This document shows, piece by piece, positions 1 to 8,954 of a DNA stretch of 64,000 nucleotides; the first letter of the stretch is position 1, and every line of letters begins with the position of its first letter. The notes beneath the pieces are model-generated. The model had not been told where the DNA came from. It worked only from the letters and a program-made list of their open reading frames with translations, and made no database searches. The translations under genes and the position numbers were made by a program. Origin of the DNA: Cyanobacteriota bacterium (lineage in GTDB: Bacteria > Cyanobacteriota > Cyanobacteriia > PCC-6307 > Cyanobiaceae); NCBI GenBank assembly GCA_046052125.1, contig JBJOMY010000001.1, positions 1-64,000 on the forward strand, written 5' to 3'.

Positions 1-380
<380 letters not shown>

Positions 381-416
381 GGCTGAACCAAGCCTCCGGC
401 TCCAGCAGCCGACCTC

Positions 417-442
417 AACCCCCGCTTCAGCGGGGGTTTTTT
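417..442 (+). terminator. Rho-independent terminator of psbA
   Basis: AACCCCCGC-TTCA-GCGGGGGTT stem-loop running into a T6 tract. Confidence 0.9.
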
Positions 443-451
443 AATGCCCCG

Positions 452-1123
452 ATGGCTTCTTCAATCCCTGCCCAGGCGTTTCGCCTGATCGACGGACCCG
501 ACACGGCACCCGCCACGCTGCTACTGGCCCACGGCGCTGGAGCGCCGATGGATAGCCCGTTCATGCACGTCGTGGCCGGCGGTTTGGCGGAACGCGGTTG
601 GCGGGTGGTGCGCTTTGAGTTCCCCTACATGGCCCGAGCGCGTGAAACCGGCCAACGCCGGGCGCCGGATCGGCAGCCCGTGTTGTTGGAGAGCTGGCGG
701 GAGCAGGTGGCTGCCGTTGCAGCGGACGGTCCTCTCTTCATCGGAGGTAAGTCGATGGGAGGGCGGATGGCCAGCCTGTTGATCGATGAGCTGGCGGAGA
801 GCTCAGCCGTGCGCGGTTGCCTTTGTTTTGGCTACCCCTTTCTTCCCCCAGGTAAGCCCGCGAGTGGTCGCACGGAGCACCTGCTGGCGATGCGTGCGCC
901 CTGCTTGATCGTGCAGGGGGAGCGCGACAGCTTCGGCCGCCGAGCCGAGGTGGAGAGTTACGCGCTACCGCCCTCGATCCAGCTCGCGTGGATCCCTGAT
1001 GGTGATCACAGCTTCAAGCCAACCAAACGCTCCGGCCGCGATGAGCGGGGCAATCTTGCACTCGCTGTGGCGGTAGCCGATCAGTTCATGGCTTCGTGTT
1101 GTCCAGATCGCTCGGTCGGCTGA
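452..1123 (+). CDS. Alpha/beta hydrolase-fold protein (KANL3/Tex30-like)
   Basis: LAHGAGAPMDS, GGKSMGG nucleophile elbow, QGERD and GDHSF triad motifs. Confidence 0.88.
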   Translation: MASSIPAQAFRLIDGPDTAPATLLLAHGAGAPMDSPFMHVVAGGLAERGWRVVRFEFPYMARARETGQRRAPDRQPVLLESWREQVAAVAADGPLFIGGKSMGGRMASLLIDELAESSAVRGCLCFGYPFLPPGKPASGRTEHLLAMRAPCLIVQGERDSFGRRAEVESYALPPSIQLAWIPDGDHSFKPTKRSGRDERGNLALAVAVADQFMASCCPDRSVG

Positions 1124-1202
1124 GCACGAACACCACACCAGCTGTGAGGACTATGGCAATCGCCACCATCGCCGTGATGGCCGTGCTGTAGTCCGTTTGC
1201 AT
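1086..1202 (-). CDS. Small single-TM hypothetical protein (38 aa)
   Basis: ATG at 1202; MQTDYSTAITAMVAIAIVLTAGVVFVLSRPSDLDNTKP has one clean hydrophobic helix. Confidence 0.55.
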   Translation of the reverse strand: MQTDYSTAITAMVAIAIVLTAGVVFVLSRPSDLDNTKP

Positions 1203-1230
1203 GGTGGCGTAACGAAGTGTTACTGCAACC

Positions 1231-1911
1231 CTAGGCGACAGTCGGCATCGACTCCAGTGCCGTTGCCATGGCAATGGGTTGAAGCTCTGCGGAGCTGGTC
1301 ACCTCAATGATCCTGCCGATCGATGCGGGGGTGTTGAGGGCTTCCACGCAGCAACGGGCCACCAAGCGCCGGGGGATCGAATCGCTCTCCTGTTGATCGG
1401 CCTGGCTGTAGCGGATGCCCTCTTGATCGAGATTGTCCTCCCGTTCTGAGAGGCCCCCAGGTCTGATCACGGTCCAGTCGAGGCCGCTGGCTTCAAGCGC
1501 GCGCTCTCCCACCCGCTTCCACACCAGGATCAGGCCGAACAGATTGAGCGGGTGTTGCCAGCGGCCGGCGCAGAGCGAGCTCACCAGCACCACTCGCCGA
1601 ATCCCTAAGCCCTGGCAGCTCTCCACCTGTCTCTGCACACCCCAGGCATCCACGCGCATGGGGCCGGTGAGGTCCACCGAGGGCCTGGCGCCGGTGGCGA
1701 TCACCAGGGCGTCGCAGCCAGAGAGAGCAGCATCGAGGGCTTCGCGATCCTCCAGGCGCAAGCGGCGCTGATCGCAGTGTTCCAGCGACTCAGGCAGCAC
1801 GGAGCTGGGCTGGAGCAGCAGTCGGGGCTGATCACCGGCGCGCAGCAGCTCCTCGGCAATGCGATAGCCCGTTTTCCCAGAGGCTCCGCTGATCGCAATC
1901 GTGCGTGGCAT
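1231..1911 (-). CDS. NAD(P)-binding atypical SDR / NmrA-like oxidoreductase
   Basis: IAISGASGKTG Rossmann motif, VSS, WTVIRPGGL. Confidence 0.9.
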   Translation of the reverse strand: MPRTIAISGASGKTGYRIAEELLRAGDQPRLLLQPSSVLPESLEHCDQRRLRLEDREALDAALSGCDALVIATGARPSVDLTGPMRVDAWGVQRQVESCQGLGIRRVVLVSSLCAGRWQHPLNLFGLILVWKRVGERALEASGLDWTVIRPGGLSEREDNLDQEGIRYSQADQQESDSIPRRLVARCCVEALNTPASIGRIIEVTSSAELQPIAMATALESMPTVA

Positions 1912-1954
1912 GCCGCTGATGGCTTGCAATGGGCAGAAGGTATCGCTTCTGCCT

Positions 1955-2158
1955 GTGCAACGACGGATCCCACCCGACCTCGACGATGGCGATTGGCCCG
2001 TTGATCGCGGCCGGCCGCTTGGGTTGCGAATGCTGGCGTTGTTGGGTGCGTTCTCGTTTCTGATGTTGGGACTCAGCAGCCTGGCGCCCTTGCTCCACCC
2101 CCCTCAACCGGAGCCGCCCGCCTTGCCGGATCGTCCCAAAGGCAGCACCGTTGGTTAA
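1955..2158 (+). CDS. Hypothetical small membrane protein (start uncertain)
   Basis: Single TM (LALLGAFSFLMLGLSSL) and Pro-rich tail; 6 bp gap to the GT2 gene. Confidence 0.6.
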   Translation: MQRRIPPDLDDGDWPVDRGRPLGLRMLALLGAFSFLMLGLSSLAPLLHPPQPEPPALPDRPKGSTVG

Positions 2159-2164
2159 GCACTC

Positions 2165-3388
2165 ATGGGACCGGTTTCTTTGCCACCGCTCCCGCTGCTG
2201 CTGCTGGTGTTCGCGGCCCTGGCGGCCGATATCGGCCTACTGATTCTTTTGCTGGGATTGCAGCGCGTGTTCGCTGCGGCGCCCCGGCTCGAGTCTCTGG
2301 CAGCCCACGAACCCCCCTCGAGCAGCACGCTCACGGTGGTGATTCCGGCCTACAACGAAGCGGGGAACATTGCCGCTTGCGTGCAAGCCGTGCTGGCCAG
2401 CGATCCCCCCTGCGATCGCTGGAGTCTGATGGTGGTGGACGACGACTCCAGCGATGCCACGGTTCAGTTGGCGAATGCTGCCGCTGCCGGCAGCGGTGCA
2501 CCGCCTGAGCGATTCGCCCTGCTGCAAGCCGGCCCCAGACCAGTCGGTGAGCATTGGGTTGGTAAAAACTGGGCCTGCAGTCGTGCGGCTGAGCAGCTCG
2601 GCAGCGACTGGCTGCTCTTCGTGGATGCCGATGTTCGTTTGCATCCATCAACCCTGCGCCGGGCCTTACGGCAGGCGGAGCGCGACCAGGCCGACCTCCT
2701 GAGCCTGGCGCCGCGCTTGAGCTGCAGCTGCCTTGCGGAGTGGATGGTGCAGCCGATCATGGCCAGCTTGCTGGGCCTGGGATTTCCGATCGAGGCGGCC
2801 AATGATCCCGGCAGTGGGGTGGCGTTCGCGGCCGGTCCCTTCATGCTCTTCCGCCGCCAGGTTTACGAGCAGATCGGCGGTCACCGCAGCCTGGCTTCAG
2901 AAGTGGTCGAGGATCTGGCGCTGGCGCGTCGGATCAAGGCCGAAGGCTTTCGGCTGCGTTATCTGCTGGGCCTGGATGCCGTGGAGTTGCAGATGTACGA
3001 CGACCTCCCATCTCTTTGGGAGGGCTGGAGCAAAAACTGGTTCTTGGGCTTGGATTCCAGCGTTGCTAAAGCCTTAGGCGCAGCGGCGGTTGTTGTGCTG
3101 ATGTTCAGCGGCCCGTGGTTGCTTCTCGGTGCAGCGCTGCTGCTCGTGTTGCTTTGGCCGGATCTATCGAATGTTGATGTGGCGTTGTTGGCACTGGCGT
3201 GCCTCGGGGTTGGCCTACAGCTGCAACTGCGTTTGTGGACGCAGTGGCAGTTCCAGGTTCCGCTGCGCCACTGGTGGCTGATGGGGATGGGTGGCTTGTT
3301 GGTGGGTGCCATTGGGCCCACCTCCGTTCTGCGCAGCCTCACCGGCCGAGGCTGGACATGGAAGGGAAGATCCCTTGCACAGCCATGA
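2165..3388 (+). CDS. Glycosyltransferase family 2 (CrtQ/CruG-like, possibly a carotenoid glycosyltransferase)
   Basis: VVIPAYNE, VDDDSSD, WVGKNWAC, FVDAD, VVEDLALA, EGWSKN; terminal TM helices. Confidence 0.85.
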   Translation: MGPVSLPPLPLLLLVFAALAADIGLLILLLGLQRVFAAAPRLESLAAHEPPSSSTLTVVIPAYNEAGNIAACVQAVLASDPPCDRWSLMVVDDDSSDATVQLANAAAAGSGAPPERFALLQAGPRPVGEHWVGKNWACSRAAEQLGSDWLLFVDADVRLHPSTLRRALRQAERDQADLLSLAPRLSCSCLAEWMVQPIMASLLGLGFPIEAANDPGSGVAFAAGPFMLFRRQVYEQIGGHRSLASEVVEDLALARRIKAEGFRLRYLLGLDAVELQMYDDLPSLWEGWSKNWFLGLDSSVAKALGAAAVVVLMFSGPWLLLGAALLLVLLWPDLSNVDVALLALACLGVGLQLQLRLWTQWQFQVPLRHWWLMGMGGLLVGAIGPTSVLRSLTGRGWTWKGRSLAQP

Positions 3389-3392
3389 GGGC

Positions 3393-3569
3393 TCAGGTGC
3401 CGAGTTGGTTCTGAATCGCTTGATTGGTGAGTGCCTTTTCGCTGAACCAGGCTTTTAAGAGATCCTTGGCGAGATGACGTAATTCAGCTGGATCGCTCTG
3501 GGCATCAATGTCTCGTTTGATTCGCTCCAGTTCAAAGGATTGAATCAGACTCAGTTCAATCGGGGCCAT
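3393..3569 (-). CDS. NblA-like phycobilisome degradation adaptor, paralog 1
   Basis: 58 aa helical protein MAPIELSLIQSFELER... resembles the NblA N-terminal motif PIELSLEQQF; NtcA promoter upstream. Confidence 0.7.
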   Translation of the reverse strand: MAPIELSLIQSFELERIKRDIDAQSDPAELRHLAKDLLKAWFSEKALTNQAIQNQLGT

Positions 3570-3594
3570 CACACTGATGCGATTGGGCAATCCA

Positions 3595-3635
3595 ACCGTA
3601 TGGCGCTCGACCTGAGTGGGCGTAGCCATCGTTAC
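3595..3635 (-). promoter_or_regulatory. NtcA class II promoter for NblA-like paralog 1
   Basis: GTA-GCCATCGT-TAC at 3622-3635, 21-nt spacer, minus-strand -10 TACGGT at 3600-3595. Confidence 0.75.
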
Positions 3636-3747
3636 CTCGGCTGCACTGCGTCAGCGAACGCCAACGGTGACTGTTTGTGAAACACCCTTTGTTGGCCCGT
3701 TTTGAGTGGGAAGTCCCGCTTTGACTGGGCTTCAATGGAGCATTGCG

Positions 3748-3909
3748 ATGCGTCTGAGCTGGAGTCAACATCTGATCGCGGCTCGAACGATCGAGTTGTC
3801 AGCTCGTGAGCAAACGGGTACCTCACTGGCGTTGATGGGAATAGCTCTGTTGATGCTGCTGCAGGATCTCGATCAGCAGCTGATGAAAGTAGAGCCGTCC
3901 AATGGATGA
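3748..3909 (+). CDS. Small hypothetical protein (53 aa) between the NblA-like genes
   Basis: GGAG 7 nt before ATG 3748; MRLSWSQHLIAARTIELSAREQTGTSLALMGIALLMLLQDLDQQ. Confidence 0.5.
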   Translation: MRLSWSQHLIAARTIELSAREQTGTSLALMGIALLMLLQDLDQQLMKVEPSNG

Positions 3910-3945
3910 GTTTTGTTGATCACACTGATCAATTAATTTGACAGC

Positions 3946-3986
3946 GTAGTCTTCGATACAGGGCGTATTGGTGGGATGAATAGCTT
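3946..3986 (+). promoter_or_regulatory. NtcA class II promoter for NblA-like paralog 2
   Basis: GTA-GTCTTCGA-TAC at 3946-3959, 21-nt spacer, -10 TAGCTT at 3981-3986. Confidence 0.8.
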
Positions 3987-4012
3987 TGCTCAAGCTGCAA
4001 CACGCGAGAGCA

Positions 4013-4198
4013 ATGCATCCTCAAGCGGATCTAAGTATTGGTCAGCAGTTTGAGATTGAGCGCTTCAATCGCGCGATTGATGCAACAGCTGATCCAGAGC
4101 AGTTGCGTCACCTAGCCAAGCAATTGCTCCAGGCCTGGCAGACGCAAAAGGCTGCCACCCAATGGGTGGTGGCCCAACAGCAAGACGGCCTGCTCTGA
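4013..4198 (+). CDS. NblA-like phycobilisome degradation adaptor, paralog 2
   Basis: 61 aa; DLSIGQQFEIERF motif; 26/44 identical to paralog 1 over the core (manual count). Confidence 0.7.
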   Translation: MHPQADLSIGQQFEIERFNRAIDATADPEQLRHLAKQLLQAWQTQKAATQWVVAQQQDGLL

Positions 4199-4255
4199 TC
4201 TGGGCTTCACCGGTTTGGTGACGCTGCCTAGGATCAGGCTCCTTCCGGCGACTGC

Positions 4256-5194
4256 TTGGCTTTGCGACTGCCCCAGTTGCTAACAGGCGTCTTGGTTACT
4301 GCGCTGGTGGGCTGCACCTCGCCGACTTCGACGTCATCGTCTGGCTCAGGGGAGCCCCAGCGGCCTGTGGTGCTCACCACCTTCACCGTCTTGGCCGACA
4401 TGGCTCGGCAGGTGGCCGGTGATCGGCTTGAGGTGCGTTCGATCACCAAACCCGGCGCTGAGATCCATGGCTATGAACCCACCCCCCGGGATCTCGAGGC
4501 GGCTCAGGGTGTTGATCTGATTGTTGAAAACGGTCTTGGCCTTGAGCGTTGGGCCCAGCGCTTCGTGGCCGCCGCTGGCTCCAACGTTCCGATCGTCACC
4601 CTCAGCGACGGCATGGAACCCCTGCCGATCGCAGCTGATGCCGCAGCCGGCAAGCCCAATCCCCACGCCTGGATGTCGCCGCGACGGGCCGAGCGCTACG
4701 TGGATCGGCTGGTACAGGCCTTCTCGCGCCTCGACCCGGCTGGTGCTGACCAGTTCAAACGCAGCGGAGAGGCCTACAAGCAGCAGCTGAAAGGGCTGGA
4801 TCGGGAGCTGCGCTCGGCCCTGGCCACCCTTCCGCCGAACCAACGGCTGCTGGTCACTTGCGAAGGCGCCTTCAGTTATCTGGCTCGCGACTATGGCCTC
4901 GATGAGGCCTATCTCTGGCCTGTGAACGCTGAAAGCCAGGTCACCCCAAGGCGATTGGCGCGTTTAATCGACACGGTCAAACAGCGGCGGGTCCCTGCGG
5001 TGTTCTGCGAAAGCACCGTCAGCGATGAAGCCCAGCGCGAGCTGGCGCGGGCTACGGGCGCGCGTTTTGGCGGTACGTTTTACGTGGATTCCTTGTCCGG
5101 CAGCACCGGTCCGGCCCCCAGCTTGCTGGAGCTGCAACGCCACAACGTGAATCTGATTGTGCGAGGTCTGGCGGGAGGAGAGCAGCAGCAATGA
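4256..5194 (+). CDS. mntC: Mn/Zn ABC transporter substrate-binding lipoprotein
   Basis: Lipobox LVGC, GAEIHGYEPTP, NPHAWMSP, CEGAFSY, FCESTV, YVDSL. Confidence 0.92.
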   Translation: MALRLPQLLTGVLVTALVGCTSPTSTSSSGSGEPQRPVVLTTFTVLADMARQVAGDRLEVRSITKPGAEIHGYEPTPRDLEAAQGVDLIVENGLGLERWAQRFVAAAGSNVPIVTLSDGMEPLPIAADAAAGKPNPHAWMSPRRAERYVDRLVQAFSRLDPAGADQFKRSGEAYKQQLKGLDRELRSALATLPPNQRLLVTCEGAFSYLARDYGLDEAYLWPVNAESQVTPRRLARLIDTVKQRRVPAVFCESTVSDEAQRELARATGARFGGTFYVDSLSGSTGPAPSLLELQRHNVNLIVRGLAGGEQQQ

Positions 5195-5943
5195 ACCACG
5201 GCCTCACCACACCGATCAGCCAACGCATCGAGGTGGAGAAGTTATGCGTTGACTACAACGGCACCGTGGCGCTCTATGACGCCGATCTGAGCCTGCCACC
5301 CGGGTGTATCTGCGGCTTGGTTGGCATGAATGGCGCCGGTAAGTCCACGTTGTTCAAGGCTCTGACGGGCTTTGTGCGCCCATCCCACGGCCGGATCCGG
5401 ATCAATGCCCTGCCGGTATTGGCGGCGCAGAAGGATCAGGCTGTGGCCTATGTGCCCCAAAGCGAGGGCATTGATTGCAACTTCCCCATCTCGGTTTGGG
5501 ATGTGGTGATGATGGGGCGCTATGGATCGATGAATATCTTTCGCTGGCCGCGTCAATCCGATCGGGTTGCGGTTCGCGATGCCCTGCAGCGGGTGGAGCT
5601 CCTCGAACTGGCTCGCCGGCCCATCGGTGCCCTCTCCGGTGGCCAGCGCAAGCGCGCCTTCCTGGCCAGGGCGATTGCTCAGCGCGCCTCCGTGCTGCTG
5701 CTTGATGAGCCTTTCAACGGCGTTGATGTGCGCACCGAGCAGTTGATGGCTCAGCTGTTTCTGCAGTTCCGTCAAGAGGGGCGCACCATCTTGATTTCCA
5801 CCCACGACCTCAGCCACATTCGCGATTTTTGCGATCTGGTGGTGCTGATTAATCGAACCGTGTTGGCTTACGGCGACACCAGCGAGGTGTTCACTCCGGA
5901 AAACTTGGCCCGCACCTTCGGCGGCATGGTGCCGAAGCCATGA
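5191..5943 (+). CDS. mntA: Mn/Zn ABC transporter ATP-binding protein
   Basis: GMNGAGKST, YVPQ, LSGGQ, LLLDEP; ATGA overlap with mntC. Confidence 0.92.
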   Translation: MNHGLTTPISQRIEVEKLCVDYNGTVALYDADLSLPPGCICGLVGMNGAGKSTLFKALTGFVRPSHGRIRINALPVLAAQKDQAVAYVPQSEGIDCNFPISVWDVVMMGRYGSMNIFRWPRQSDRVAVRDALQRVELLELARRPIGALSGGQRKRAFLARAIAQRASVLLLDEPFNGVDVRTEQLMAQLFLQFRQEGRTILISTHDLSHIRDFCDLVVLINRTVLAYGDTSEVFTPENLARTFGGMVPKP

Positions 5944-6779
5944 GTTGGCTGCTTGAACCGCTGAGCCATGCCTTCATGGTGAAGGCGCTGTTGGTGAGTG
6001 CCCTGGTGGGTGGGGTGTGTGGACTGCTCTCCTGCTACATGACCCTCAAGGGCTGGGCCCTGATGGGGGATGCCGTCTCCCATGCCGTGATGCCTGGCGT
6101 GGTGGTGGCCTATGCCCTGGGTTTGCCCTTTTCCCTCGGCGCGTTTGTGTTTGGGGTGGGCTCCGTTGCCGCGATCGGTTTCGTGAAGCAGAAATCGCGC
6201 ATCAAGGAAGACACCGTGATTGGCCTGGTGTTCACCGGTTTCTTTGCTCTGGGCCTGGTGTTGGTGTCGAAGGTGCGCAGCAACATTGATCTCACCCACA
6301 TCCTGTTTGGCAATGTGCTCGGTATTTCCGGTTCCGATATTCAGCAGACCTTGTCGATCTCGAGCCTGGTGGTGGCGCTCCTGCTGGTGTTCCGGCGGGA
6401 TCTGTTGCTGTTCTGCTTCGATCCCACCCACGCCCGCTCGATCGGCATCAACACCGGGCTCCTGCACTACATGTTGTTGTCGGCGCTGTCGCTCACCGCC
6501 GTAGCGGGTCTCCAAACCGTGGGGGTGATTCTGGTGGTGGCGATGTTGGTGACCCCAGGCGCCACCGCTTACCTGCTCACCGATCGCTTTGATCGCATGA
6601 CCTTGCTCGCTGTGGCCAGCAGTGTGCTGTCGAGCTTGATCGGTGTGTACGTCAGCTATTGGAGCGATAGCTCCACCGCCGGGTGCATCGTGCTGGCCCA
6701 GACGGCGCTCTTCCTCTTGGCTTTTCTGCTGGCCCCCCGCTACGGCATCCTGAACGCCCACCGTTCCCAGGCTCCCTAG
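5940..6779 (+). CDS. mntB: Mn/Zn ABC transporter permease
   Basis: ALMGDAVSHAVMPG, ILFGNVLG, multiple TMs. Confidence 0.92.
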   Translation: MSWLLEPLSHAFMVKALLVSALVGGVCGLLSCYMTLKGWALMGDAVSHAVMPGVVVAYALGLPFSLGAFVFGVGSVAAIGFVKQKSRIKEDTVIGLVFTGFFALGLVLVSKVRSNIDLTHILFGNVLGISGSDIQQTLSISSLVVALLLVFRRDLLLFCFDPTHARSIGINTGLLHYMLLSALSLTAVAGLQTVGVILVVAMLVTPGATAYLLTDRFDRMTLLAVASSVLSSLIGVYVSYWSDSSTAGCIVLAQTALFLLAFLLAPRYGILNAHRSQAP

Positions 6780-6781
6780 GC

Positions 6782-7936
6782 GTGTCGGATCAGTCCTGGC
6801 CCTGGTGGCCGCTGCTTCCTCTCTATCCCTACGGCCAACGCCGCACCTTGGTGCGGGAGCTCATTCCGGAGCAGCTTTGGAGCTTTGAGCAGCTGCAAGG
6901 CATCTTCTATGTGGCGGTGCCGATCCGGATGACCGTGGTGCGGGTGCCCGGTGGCCTGATGCTCTACGCGCCGGTGGCCCCGACTGCTGAGGTGCGGCGC
7001 GCCCTTGTGGACCTCGAGCAGCGCTACGGACCGGTGCGCAGCATCGTGTTGCCCACTGCCTCCGGGCTTGAGCACAAGCTGCCTGTTCCAGCCATGGCCA
7101 GGGCCTTCCCGCAGGCTGAGGTTTGGGTGACGCCTGGTCAGTGGAGTTTCCCGCTGCCGCTGCCCCTGCGCTGGCTCGGCTTTCCTGCCGGCCGCACCAA
7201 GGTGCTGGGCGAGCAGGGCTATCCCCATGGTGAAGCCCTCGAATGGCATTCGCTTGGGCCCATTGATCTGGGGCTGGGCCGCTTTCAGGAGCTGGCCTGT
7301 TTGCATCGCCCTAGCGGCGCACTGCTGCTCACCGATGCGCTGGTGGCGATCAACCAGCAGCCCCCGGAGTTGTTCAACCTTGATCCCACGCCGCTGTTGT
7401 TTCACGCCCGTGATCGCGGCGATCAGCCCTTGCAGGATTCAGCCGAGCTGCGCTTGAAGGGCTGGCAGCGCCTGGCTCTATTTGCCTCCTATCTCAGACC
7501 TTCAGCGTTGCAGGTGCCTGGATTGGCCACCTTGCTGGCACAGGCCTTTCAGCCCGGCTGCCGCAATCCCCGCAGTTATTTCGGCCTCTATCCCTTCCAC
7601 TGGGCTAGCAGCTCAGCCGAGGCGTTTCGGGAACTTCAGCCTCAGCCGGGCCAGTTGCGCATCGCTCCGGTGCTCGAACGTCTCGTGTTTCCGCGTACTC
7701 AAGCCTTGATCGTGGCCTGGGTGCGGCAGCTGGGCGCTCTTCAGGAGCTGCGTTGGGTTGTGCCGGCCCACTACGAAGCGCCTGTGCCTTCGAGCCCCTA
7801 TCAACTCCATCAGTTGGCGGACGCGCTTGAGGAGCGTTGCTGGGCACCCAGTGACGGCAACTGGAGTTACCTGGCGGGGATTGATCAAGCGCTGTTGCGC
7901 CTCGGGGTTGTTCCCGAAAAACCCGGGTTGGGCTGA
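6782..7936 (+). CDS. DUF4336 family protein (metallo-beta-lactamase-like)
   Basis: WPWWPLLPLYPYG, VPIRMTVV, SGLEHK, PAHY; GTG start at 6782 inferred. Confidence 0.85.
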   Translation: MSDQSWPWWPLLPLYPYGQRRTLVRELIPEQLWSFEQLQGIFYVAVPIRMTVVRVPGGLMLYAPVAPTAEVRRALVDLEQRYGPVRSIVLPTASGLEHKLPVPAMARAFPQAEVWVTPGQWSFPLPLPLRWLGFPAGRTKVLGEQGYPHGEALEWHSLGPIDLGLGRFQELACLHRPSGALLLTDALVAINQQPPELFNLDPTPLLFHARDRGDQPLQDSAELRLKGWQRLALFASYLRPSALQVPGLATLLAQAFQPGCRNPRSYFGLYPFHWASSSAEAFRELQPQPGQLRIAPVLERLVFPRTQALIVAWVRQLGALQELRWVVPAHYEAPVPSSPYQLHQLADALEERCWAPSDGNWSYLAGIDQALLRLGVVPEKPGLG

Positions 7937-7938
7937 AC

Positions 7939-8280
7939 TCAGAGTTTGAGTTCGCCGGGGTCGGCGTCAGCGTCGGGGAACAGCGTGGCTTCCAGCTCCA
8001 TCCGCTGCTCCATCTGGCGCAGGAAGTAGCCGGTCATCATCGCCGAGGCAAGCAGCCCAGCCAGATGATCGCGATTGGCTGTGATCTTCACATCGAAGTG
8101 TTCACCAGGCAGCACGCCCAGGAGCCCCTGAACGTTGTGGCGAATGATGTCCTGGATCTCACTGCTGGCGGAGCGAGCAACCCGCTGCAGAACATCGGGC
8201 GACTGTTCCTGGAGATATTGGATCAGTGAATTGGTGCTGATCGATTCACTGTCACTCGTCAGGAACTCCGGGTTAAACAT
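7939..8280 (-). CDS. DUF760 family protein
   Basis: LIQYLQEQSP...HNVQGLLG...LLASAMMTGYFLRQMEQR. Confidence 0.9.
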   Translation of the reverse strand: MFNPEFLTSDSESISTNSLIQYLQEQSPDVLQRVARSASSEIQDIIRHNVQGLLGVLPGEHFDVKITANRDHLAGLLASAMMTGYFLRQMEQRMELEATLFPDADADPGELKL

Positions 8281-8309
8281 TCCGGTGTGCTCCGCTTCAC
8301 GAAAGCACC

Positions 8310-8903
8310 CTACCCCAGCTGTTCGTCTCGATTGGGACCGGTGAGGTCGGAGAACCGAATCGGGCCGAGGCGATTGAGCGGCCAGTAGCGGAGAACAGCC
8401 GTGCCGATCACCTCCGTGCGGGGCAGCGGTCCCCACACGTGTGAATCAAGGCTGGCATTGCGGTTGTCGCCCAACACCAGCAGATGACCCTCCGGCACGG
8501 TGATCGGTCCGAGGTTGTAGTTGATCGGATCGAGTCGCCAGCGTTCTGGCACAGCAACGCCGTTGCGCCGCAGCTCACCATCACGCACCTCCAACGTGTC
8601 ACCGGGTTGTCCCACCACACGTTTGATCAATGCCGCCTTGGGGTCATACCCAGCGGCCACCAGGACGGGCGGGGCGTGGAACACCACGATGGTGCCGTTG
8701 GGCAGGGGGCGATCCAGCCGCGGCCGCAGCTTTTCCACCAGGATCCGGTCCTGCAGCTGCAGGGTGGGCAGCATCGATCCGGATGGGATCCAGCGCGGCT
8801 CGATCACCAGCCAGCGCAGCAGCAAGGCCACACACAGCCAGAGCAGCAGCGAGCGCCATCCCTGCAGCCTGGAGCCTGGGGCTTGGGGGGGCTCGCTCTT
8901 CAT
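8310..8903 (-). CDS. lepB: Signal peptidase I
   Basis: IPSGSMLPTL, IKRVVG, GDNRNASLDSH. Confidence 0.95.
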   Translation of the reverse strand: MKSEPPQAPGSRLQGWRSLLLWLCVALLLRWLVIEPRWIPSGSMLPTLQLQDRILVEKLRPRLDRPLPNGTIVVFHAPPVLVAAGYDPKAALIKRVVGQPGDTLEVRDGELRRNGVAVPERWRLDPINYNLGPITVPEGHLLVLGDNRNASLDSHVWGPLPRTEVIGTAVLRYWPLNRLGPIRFSDLTGPNRDEQLG

Positions 8904-8954
8904 GGCCGTGCTTCGGTGAGCATGATCGCCACATCCTGAACAACAGCACCGCCG

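Noticed and set aside
830..860. GYPFLPPG instead of the usual GYPFHPPG in the alpha/beta hydrolase
   Set aside because: Single CAT/CTT-type difference outside the catalytic triad; Ser, Asp and His motifs are intact, so it is not a pseudogene.
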